Part shown: positions 57,131-64,000 of the stretch, one piece after another
Layout: every line of letters begins with the position of its first letter
Numbering within the stretch: the stretch's first letter is position 1
DNA from: a virus
Taxonomy: Duplodnaviria; Caudoviricetes
Virus record (IMG/VR): IMGVR_UViG_3300046733_000629
Reading direction: 5' to 3' (one strand)
Length of the DNA: 64,000 nucleotides
Position numbers and translations under genes: made by a program
The notes under the pieces: model-generated
Database searches by the model: none
What the model was told of the DNA's origin: nothing
The model's input: the letters and a program-made list of their open reading frames with translations, nothing else

Positions 57131-57961
57131 TTATAGATTTATAATTCTTTTAGCCATGCATAGGTCAGGCTTAACCAAGCTCTCATTTAATATATCAGCT
57201 TCAAAACATTGTAGCTTTGTACCAAACACAATTTGATGTGTTATCCATTGTGCATTAAAGAACCAAATGTCACCTGGATTAAAAGTAATATAATGTAATG
57301 GGTGGTGAAATTGATCCCATTGTTGTTCATTCCAAACACATCTATTACGCATTTCAGTAATAAATGTATGTATATCGTTTTTGTTTAACTCACCTAAATT
57401 AAATTCATCTTTATAATCATAGTACATTTTTTCTAAGTCAGGTCCAAAAGATAACACTCTAGGACGTTTCTTATCTAGTTGTACAAACATACGTATCTGT
57501 TGTTCATTGCCTGTATGTTGTTCATCTAGTTCGTCTAGGTGTAGTTTATTTTCTACTAATGTATTGTATCTGTGACTGAGCATACGTTCGGTTGTTTTGT
57601 AATGTGGGAATAGCATATCAAATACTTCGTTCCAACCTTGTTGTGATTGTTTATGCTTCTTATGAAACAAGTCTATTTGTTCCTCAGACCAATTACGTTC
57701 ATCTCTTAATCTATTACGTTTTTTGATATGGCTGTTATACCATGGCATAATCCATTTATTATCGGGGATAGTCCAATCTGGTAAGTCGTTATAATAATCA
57801 TAATCAAGTTGTGGAATAGTTAAGTTCTTAATAACCACTGGCCATCCGCTCTCAAATGCTTCGTATACCTTATAATTATCTGTTAAATCTTCTTTCTTTG
57901 CGTCAAACACATTGACAACAAAGTCGTCTCCTGCTATAATATCTTTAGCGATTCGGGTCAT
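57131..57961 (-). CDS. Kdo hydroxylase (KdoO)-like Fe(II)/2OG dioxygenase
   Basis: LFPHY, KLHLDE, IRMFVQL...PRVLSFG, FNPGDIWFF...TH.IVFG resemble KdoO motifs. ATG at 57961 with SD ggag; the track start at 58123 is too long. Confidence 0.65.
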   Translation of the reverse strand: MTRIAKDIIAGDDFVVNVFDAKKEDLTDNYKVYEAFESGWPVVIKNLTIPQLDYDYYNDLPDWTIPDNKWIMPWYNSHIKKRNRLRDERNWSEEQIDLFHKKHKQSQQGWNEVFDMLFPHYKTTERMLSHRYNTLVENKLHLDELDEQHTGNEQQIRMFVQLDKKRPRVLSFGPDLEKMYYDYKDEFNLGELNKNDIHTFITEMRNRCVWNEQQWDQFHHPLHYITFNPGDIWFFNAQWITHQIVFGTKLQCFEADILNESLVKPDLCMAKRIINL

Positions 57962-57983
57962 ATGTACTCCATTATATATGTAG

Positions 57984-57997
57984 ATAAATATATTTAT
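57984..57997. promoter_or_regulatory. Palindrome ATAAATATATTTAT, a candidate bidirectional late promoter
   Basis: Lies between divergent genes and is identical to 5266-5279. Confidence 0.6.
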
Positions 57998-58676
57998 GAC
58001 AGTTGATAATGGTACATATGCTGGTTTAAATATAAATTTTATGCGAGTTGGCAGAAGATTTAATGTTGATGCTAGTACCAGATGTAATTTATTATGCCCA
58101 GGTTGTACAAGAACACAAGACATGGCGGCTGGAAATCGTAATTGGGATATAACAGATTTAAAACTTGAATACTTACAAGCATTGTTACATCCTAGAAATA
58201 GAATTAGTTGTGTTACTTATAATGGTGCTCTTAGCGATCCAATATACAGTGGTACAATGACAGAACAATTGGAATATATTAATACTTTAGAATTTAGACC
58301 CAGAGTAATTATTTCAACTAATGGCAGTGGACGTAATGAAAAGTGGTGGAAACATTTTTCTAGTTTATTAAGAAAACAAGATTGGCTACAATTTAGCATT
58401 GACGGATTAGAAGATACTAATCACATATATAGAGTCAATGCAAGATGGAATAGTATTATGGCAGGAGTAAAAACTGTCAGAGAAAATTGGAATGGAAGTC
58501 TATGGTGGAGATACGTAGTGTTTGAACACAATTATCATCAAGTAGGTAAAGCTAAACAATTAGCTGAGGAGTTGGGATTTGATAAATTTCAACCAATGGT
58601 TGGTGATAGAAGAACTCCGGCACATATGTTATTAAAAAGTGCAACATGGCAAGAGATATTAAATGATATATCCTAG
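57996..58676 (+). CDS. Radical SAM core domain (subfamily A, split)
   Basis: CNLLCPGC, GALSDP, FSIDGLEDTNHIYR, WRYVVFEHN. Confidence 0.9.
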   Translation: MTVDNGTYAGLNINFMRVGRRFNVDASTRCNLLCPGCTRTQDMAAGNRNWDITDLKLEYLQALLHPRNRISCVTYNGALSDPIYSGTMTEQLEYINTLEFRPRVIISTNGSGRNEKWWKHFSSLLRKQDWLQFSIDGLEDTNHIYRVNARWNSIMAGVKTVRENWNGSLWWRYVVFEHNYHQVGKAKQLAEELGFDKFQPMVGDRRTPAHMLLKSATWQEILNDIS

Positions 58677-59016
58677 ATGCAAAGTAGTAGGACCAAACGC
58701 TAACTCAGAAGCAATGTCAATGAGATTTGACGGCTATGTTGTTCCATGTTGTCATATGAATAGTCAACATGCAATGGATAAGTTATCATTGTTCTTGGGT
58801 AAAGATGTAAAAAATATACACATTACAAGTGGACATAGTATAGATGAAATAAATACTAGCAAAGAATATAAACGTATTGAAGATAGTTGGAACACACCTA
58901 CACCTTTTTCAATTTGTAAAAGTGCATGTGGTAGACCAGGTGAAATAGGTCCAGACATACATCGCACAGGAACACAATTCGTTCAAAAGACTTTAAACAA
59001 GGATACACATGAATAA
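58663..59016 (+). CDS. Stand-alone SPASM/twitch-like Cys domain
   Basis: YPRC...FDGYVVPCC...CKSAC. Confidence 0.75.
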   Translation: MIYPRCKVVGPNANSEAMSMRFDGYVVPCCHMNSQHAMDKLSLFLGKDVKNIHITSGHSIDEINTSKEYKRIEDSWNTPTPFSICKSACGRPGEIGPDIHRTGTQFVQKTLNKDTHE

Positions 59017-60076
59017 ATCAGTAAATGCATGGAGCGAGTTTCAACCGCTAAAAAAAGTAGTGCTTGGCGCTCCGTTTCCACCTGAAACATTTGATTGGCA
59101 TAAGGACAAAGAGACTCGTGATGTTATGCGTCAGATCTTTACAGAAACAGCAGAGGACTTACAAGTGCTGGAGGGGATATTAAAGGGCAAAGGTATTGAA
59201 GTAATACGTCCAAAGAATATATTTACAATCACAGGTGAAGAACAGATTCAATTACCATGGATGCATTGTGGTTTTCCAAACCACCCATTAATGCCACGTG
59301 ATACATTAATGCCATATGGTAATAGTATTTTTGAACTGTTTACAGGTAGCGATAATCGCTACTTTGAAAATCTCGCATATTACGATCATTGTAGTAAATG
59401 GTTTCGTGAAGGTGCAGATTGGGTTAGTATGCCAGGAGTACTAGTAGAGAGTGGTAAAAAATACGACCACTTTGTAAAAAACGATCGACTGCTTTATCAT
59501 GCGGCTAATATGATAAAGTGTGGACGCCACGTTTTGTTTAGCCAACCTTACGAGGGAGACAATAAACGAGGCAGAGGAACGGCACTGGGCCGCGAATGGA
59601 TTCAACGTGAAATAAAGTTGCGATATCCAGACACCCAATTTTTGGACATACCAGTAGGAGGACACATCGACGGAAAAATAGCTCTACTAAAACCTGGCGT
59701 ACTGATGACCTGGAATAAAAACTGGGTACCAGAAGAAATGAAAAACTGGACTATTATTGAAGTAGATGATGACTTTGATATGCCCGAAGACTTTCAACAA
59801 ACTCGTAAGCGTAGATTTCATAAAGAATATGTAAGCAAGTGGTTAGAGCATTGGGTAGGTTGTCCAGATGAAAGTGTGTTTGATGTTAATGTATTATCAT
59901 TAGATGAAAGCACAGTTATTTGTACAGGAAAAAACGAACAAGCATTTGCTGAAATGGAAGCACACGGCATTGAACCAATTTACTGGAATTTTAGACATCA
60001 GTATTTTTGGGATGGTGGCATTCACTGTTTAACAAGTGATATAGTTAGAGAAGGAGATTGTGAGAGTTATGTATAA
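59009..60076 (+). CDS. Amidinotransferase (third paralog)
   Basis: WSEFQPLKKVVLG, PRD, GGHIDG, DGGIHCLT. Confidence 0.88.
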   Translation: MNKSVNAWSEFQPLKKVVLGAPFPPETFDWHKDKETRDVMRQIFTETAEDLQVLEGILKGKGIEVIRPKNIFTITGEEQIQLPWMHCGFPNHPLMPRDTLMPYGNSIFELFTGSDNRYFENLAYYDHCSKWFREGADWVSMPGVLVESGKKYDHFVKNDRLLYHAANMIKCGRHVLFSQPYEGDNKRGRGTALGREWIQREIKLRYPDTQFLDIPVGGHIDGKIALLKPGVLMTWNKNWVPEEMKNWTIIEVDDDFDMPEDFQQTRKRRFHKEYVSKWLEHWVGCPDESVFDVNVLSLDESTVICTGKNEQAFAEMEAHGIEPIYWNFRHQYFWDGGIHCLTSDIVREGDCESYV

Positions 60077-60413
60077 TCATTTAAAAAATTACATTGGAAT
60101 ATATCTATTAGCAATGGTATGTTTTCTAATATATGCATCTGAACCAACAGATGAAATACCAGTTTGGATATGGTATCTTTTCATTCCAGTAGTTTTATGG
60201 AAAACGCCACCGTTTAATATTGGTGATTGGTTTTGGGGTAAAGTAGCAAGTTTTTGGATGTGGATATTGAAACCATTTACAAGATGGCAAAACACTTGGC
60301 CTACATGGGTAAAGTATGTGTTTGGTATTGTACTTATTATATTGTTTGAAGAATATATTTTAAAGCCAGCAGGCTACACAATGTATCCTTGGAGAATAGA
60401 TTTTAATGGCTGA
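60069..60413 (+). CDS. Trp-rich membrane protein
   Basis: Two to three hydrophobic segments; ATG at 60069. Confidence 0.65.
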   Translation: MYNHLKNYIGIYLLAMVCFLIYASEPTDEIPVWIWYLFIPVVLWKTPPFNIGDWFWGKVASFWMWILKPFTRWQNTWPTWVKYVFGIVLIILFEEYILKPAGYTMYPWRIDFNG

Positions 60414-61467
60414 TATAATGGAATGGCATAAAAATGTTACTTCATTGCAGTTTGACATTAGTAGTCATTGCAATGCACGTTGCGGTGCATGTGTAAGAAA
60501 CAAAGATGGCGGGGAAACTGAATCAAATTTAGAACTAGCACATTTTGATTTTGACTTATGGAAACGTATAGCATATGAAGATACTAAACGTTGGTATATA
60601 CATAGACTAAATCTAAATGGAAATTGGGGCGATCCAATGATGCATCCAAAATTAGTAGAAATGATGGAAGTATGGTTAGATGCACACCCAAGAAGTACAC
60701 CATCAATTGCAACAAATGGAAGTATGAGAGGACCAAAGTTTTGGCATGACTTAGCTAGTGTAATGCATCACTTTCCAAATCATAAAGTAGACTTCTCAAT
60801 TGATGGAATGGGAGACACACATAGCATATATCGTAGACGTACAGACTTTAATAAAATTTGTGAAAATGTAAAATCGTTTTCCGAAGCAGGCGGGCATGCT
60901 ACAATACAATTTACAATGTTTGAACATAACGAACATCAGCATAAAGAAGTTGAAGATTTAGCAAGGTCGTTAGGAGCAATGCAACTTGTTAAACGTAGAA
61001 GTCATTCTTCAAATATGGTTATAAAAGATAAAGATGAAGAATATAAAATAACAGCAACTGAAGGTATTCCAGAAGAAAGAATAAAATTAAAAGATGATAG
61101 AATTGAAAGTACAAATCCACACAAAGTACATATATTAGAAGCAAGTGATATGTATGATACTTATTTGAACACTTCAGAAAAACAAAAAACAAAATGTCCT
61201 TGGTACAATGCACAAGAGATTCAAATTGATCCTTGGGGTACAGTTTGGCCATGTTGTCATGTTAGTCTATTTGGAGTTCATTTAGAAAAGCATAATATTG
61301 CTAATGAAGTAGATGAAACATTTGTACAGGCTAGAAAAGATAATAATTTAAAAGATAGTTCTTTGTATGATATATTAAAGTCTGATTGGTATAACGAACA
61401 TGTTAAGTTAAGCGTCAAAGGCGCAAAATGGAAAACATGTCAACGAACATGTGGAGTTGAAGCATAA
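60406..61467 (+). CDS. Radical SAM/SPASM-like protein (subfamily A)
   Basis: CNARCGAC, GNWGDP, FSIDG...YR, DPWGTVWPCC...CQRTC. Confidence 0.92.
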   Translation: MADIMEWHKNVTSLQFDISSHCNARCGACVRNKDGGETESNLELAHFDFDLWKRIAYEDTKRWYIHRLNLNGNWGDPMMHPKLVEMMEVWLDAHPRSTPSIATNGSMRGPKFWHDLASVMHHFPNHKVDFSIDGMGDTHSIYRRRTDFNKICENVKSFSEAGGHATIQFTMFEHNEHQHKEVEDLARSLGAMQLVKRRSHSSNMVIKDKDEEYKITATEGIPEERIKLKDDRIESTNPHKVHILEASDMYDTYLNTSEKQKTKCPWYNAQEIQIDPWGTVWPCCHVSLFGVHLEKHNIANEVDETFVQARKDNNLKDSSLYDILKSDWYNEHVKLSVKGAKWKTCQRTCGVEA

Positions 61468-62717
61468 TGTATAAAAATCCTATGTTAGATGATCATAGAT
61501 TCCCTACATGTTTAGCACCATGGAACGCATTAACTATTAAGTGGGGCGGTGCAGTATTGCCTGACATTATTTACAATGGCAAGTTTGGAAACATTACAAG
61601 ACAAACATTACCAGAGATATTAAACAGTGAAGAAGCAGTAGCATTGCGTAAGTCGCATGCAAGTAGAATAGTTCCAGAAGCATGTTTAGCATGTACCAAA
61701 AAAGAACAAAGCGGTAAAAGTCGTAGAATGTATTTTTGGGATAAACTTGATGTCGATGTTAAAAAAGGAAGTATTAAGAACACAGCAAACAGTAAGCCTG
61801 ACATACGTTATTTAGATTTTACAATCAGTAATAAATGTAATTTAGCATGCATACATTGTAATCCTTTTGTAAGTACAGGGTGGACCAAAGATGGAAAGAA
61901 ACTAAACAAAGAAAAGCCAGACTATTGGAAACAAGCACAAATAGGATATCACGGTGTAGAAGATATGACATTCCTTGATAACTTGTTTGCTGATCCAGAC
62001 TATTTTCGTAACCTACAGTGGGTAGCATTAAGAGGCGGAGAGCCATTGTATGATGAGAGTTGTAAAGCAATATTACAGTGGTTTATTGATCAAGGACTAG
62101 CAAAGAATATTATGCTAGACATTAGTACAAATGCTACAGTTTTCGATGATGACTTTCAGGAGATATTTAAACACTTTAAGCATATTGAATTGCTTATCAG
62201 TATTGAAGCAGTAGATGAATTATACAGTGTAGTACGAGGAGGATCGTATACATTTAAAGAATTAGAAGAAAACATAGAAAAGTTTTATACATATCCTAAC
62301 ATTGAAGTTGTGTTTGCAGTAACAGTTATGTTAACAAACGTATTTGGGTTAGACAAAGTATGGGACTGGTTTAAAGAAAAACACATGCATAGAGCAAGTA
62401 TAAGCATGAGTAATGTTGTAGTTAATCCTACATATTTAAATATTGCATACATGCCAGATGTGTTAAAATATATTATGTATGATAAGCTATTGTCTATTCC
62501 AGATCAAAGCATTTGGCCTAAAGGCAGTTATCATGTAGACGAAATACATTACCAAACTGGAATACATGCTATCAGAGATGGATTACAAGTTGAGGTAAAC
62601 GAAAAAGAACAAGAAAAGCAATGGGATTGGTTTGTCAAGTATACAAAAGACTTAGACAGATTACGTGGAACAAACACGTTTGAATTAATAAAGGAGTTAA
62701 AATTATATGAACAGTAA
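61467..62717 (+). CDS. Radical SAM protein (subfamily B)
   Basis: TCLAPW, ACLAC, SNKCNLACIHC, ALRGGEP. Confidence 0.92.
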   Translation: MYKNPMLDDHRFPTCLAPWNALTIKWGGAVLPDIIYNGKFGNITRQTLPEILNSEEAVALRKSHASRIVPEACLACTKKEQSGKSRRMYFWDKLDVDVKKGSIKNTANSKPDIRYLDFTISNKCNLACIHCNPFVSTGWTKDGKKLNKEKPDYWKQAQIGYHGVEDMTFLDNLFADPDYFRNLQWVALRGGEPLYDESCKAILQWFIDQGLAKNIMLDISTNATVFDDDFQEIFKHFKHIELLISIEAVDELYSVVRGGSYTFKELEENIEKFYTYPNIEVVFAVTVMLTNVFGLDKVWDWFKEKHMHRASISMSNVVVNPTYLNIAYMPDVLKYIMYDKLLSIPDQSIWPKGSYHVDEIHYQTGIHAIRDGLQVEVNEKEQEKQWDWFVKYTKDLDRLRGTNTFELIKELKLYEQ

Positions 62718-63645
62718 CCCAGATTTTGGTACCAGTGGCAACAGCGTCTGGAATCAACAATATTTTGATTTTTTAAATGAAACATTCTTTCCTAAAATTG
62801 ATATCACTACAATTGCTGATGAATCAAATATTATGCTTGATAGATATCAAGGATGGATAGAAAGTAGTACATTAAATAAATTTAAAGGACTAGACGCATT
62901 TCCAATGCGTTATGCAAGCGTTGGTACTACGCAAGCGTTAGATTGGTGGCATTATTATTGTGCAGTTAACAACATGGATCTAAAAATGTTTAGAGGAGAG
63001 TACCCATATCATAGAGATGCATACTTACAAACTCATTTGGGTTGGGATGATTGTATTGAAGATTGTGGATTAATTGCAGGTGATGCAGTTGTAGTAAGTG
63101 TTCCATTTAGTGCAACAGGCAGACTTCCAATACAATGGGAAGACTTAATGAAAACATGTAACAGACTAAAGATTCCAGTGTTTGTTGATTGTGCATGGTT
63201 TGGAACTTGCTTTGGTATTACTGTTAACTTAGATGAACCATGTATTAAAATGGTTGCATTTAGTACAACAAAAGGACTTAGTTGTGGTAACTGGCGTGCA
63301 GGTATTGTGTTTAGTAAAGTAAACGAAAAAGACTTTAAACGTGCTACTGATGGTAGCTTAGAAACACAAACAGATTGGAATCATGGTAATCATCTTAATA
63401 CTGCTATTGCTAACAGATTAATGGCAGAGTTTTCACCAGATACTATTCCTAAAAAATATATGGCATCGCACATGGCAGTATGTAAACATTATGGATTAAT
63501 TCCTACACAAACTGTACATATTGCAGAAGGTGCTCGTGGAACTGAATGGGACGTATTTCATAGAGATGAAACATACAATAGAATTAATATTTCAAAAGCA
63601 TTGAAGCGACACAAGAACAAGGGAAACTTTTATGACAACATATGA
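62707..63645 (+). CDS. PLP-dependent (fold type I) aminotransferase or decarboxylase-like enzyme
   Basis: VFVDCAWFG (D-x-A) and FSTTKGL...RAG (Schiff-base Lys). Confidence 0.75.
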   Translation: MNSNPDFGTSGNSVWNQQYFDFLNETFFPKIDITTIADESNIMLDRYQGWIESSTLNKFKGLDAFPMRYASVGTTQALDWWHYYCAVNNMDLKMFRGEYPYHRDAYLQTHLGWDDCIEDCGLIAGDAVVVSVPFSATGRLPIQWEDLMKTCNRLKIPVFVDCAWFGTCFGITVNLDEPCIKMVAFSTTKGLSCGNWRAGIVFSKVNEKDFKRATDGSLETQTDWNHGNHLNTAIANRLMAEFSPDTIPKKYMASHMAVCKHYGLIPTQTVHIAEGARGTEWDVFHRDETYNRINISKALKRHKNKGNFYDNI

Positions 63646-64000
63646 TGATCCTATTAACATAACAACTAAAGGACAATATCCAATTAGAGCCCATATGGTA
63701 TTTAATAACATGGGTCCAGAAAACTGTGAAGATATCCTTTGGCAGAATGTAATAGATTCAACAAGTAATCTTGAAGGAAACGAAATAGGTGTAAGTGTAA
63801 CACAGAGTTATCAATATACAAAGTTAAATGACGATCCAACTATTATGGTTAGATGGCAAGGTATTAAGACTACAAATGGTAATGAATTTAGAATTGGTCT
63901 AGGAAAAGGAATACCAGCAGATAAAAGAACACCACCTATAATGTCTGGCAATATGAAAACCGGAGTGCAAGTCAATAGTACACTATCTATACAATCAGTA
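63632..64000 (+). CDS. Hypothetical protein, 3'-truncated by the window edge (not in the ORF track)
   Basis: Open from ATG 63632 (MTTYDDPINITTKGQYP) to the end of the window. Confidence 0.65.
   Translation, partial: MTTYDDPINITTKGQYPIRAHMVFNNMGPENCEDILWQNVIDSTSNLEGNEIGVSVTQSYQYTKLNDDPTIMVRWQGIKTTNGNEFRIGLGKGIPADKRTPPIMSGNMKTGVQVNSTLSIQSV

Noticed and set aside
57962-58123. N-terminal extension of the KdoO-like ORF as given in the track
   Set aside because: It overlaps the divergent radical SAM gene and the palindrome; ATG 57961 has a good SD and matches the family start.
53289-60076. Amidinotransferases as archaeosine (G+) synthases for the deazaguanine pathway
   Set aside because: Known G+ enzymes (ArcS, QueF-like, Gat-QueC) are different folds and need preQ0. 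These are pentein-fold enzymes over 30 kb from dpdA, so no link is supported.
1-64000. tRNA, rRNA, tmRNA genes, introns, integrase/transposase or reverse transcriptase
   Set aside because: Intergenic gaps are mostly under 130 nt, I found no T-loop/cloverleaf or RT/transposase motifs by eye, and core genes are uninterrupted. tRNAscan-SE and Infernal would be needed to exclude these fully.
1-64000. Stop-codon reassignment, as seen in some large phages
   Set aside because: Known enzymes (MetK, ThyX, FolE, PepA, GalE) are full length in the standard code, and TAA, TAG and TGA all end genes.
1-64000. Specific host or phage taxon assignment
   Set aside because: Envelope proteins suggest a Gram-negative host, but no marker in the window lets me name a taxon without database searches.

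Overview
This AT-rich, gene-dense window runs almost entirely on the + strand and uses the standard genetic code. It is best read as part of a large T4-like or jumbo dsDNA phage genome (inference). Supporting signs are T4-type RNase H, ThyX, thymidine kinase, a probable sliding clamp, many near-consensus sigma70 promoters and a recurrent TAAATA late-promoter-like motif; no rRNA, tRNA, ribosomal-protein genes or capsid/terminase genes were seen. The window is dominated by biosynthetic and modification enzymes. (1) A 7-deazaguanine set: TGT-like/DpdA, QueD-like, FolE and QueE, with no QueC in the window, interleaved with a glycosyltransferase, GalE and a Gpt-like phosphoribosyltransferase. (2) Ten further radical SAM enzymes in two subfamilies, two with a separately encoded Cys-rich C-terminal domain. 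Six of them sit in a 47-64 kb cluster with three amidinotransferases, a PLP enzyme, two Fe(II) oxygenase-like proteins (one KdoO-like) and an MTA/SAH nucleosidase. (3) MetK and SufE next to queE. Other content: envelope-targeted proteases and lyase-like proteins, a MoxR AAA+/vWA-metallopeptidase pair whose upstream promoters carry a shared palindrome, and a secreted protein with 17 Cys-rich repeats. All product calls come from motif recognition by eye; no database search was run.
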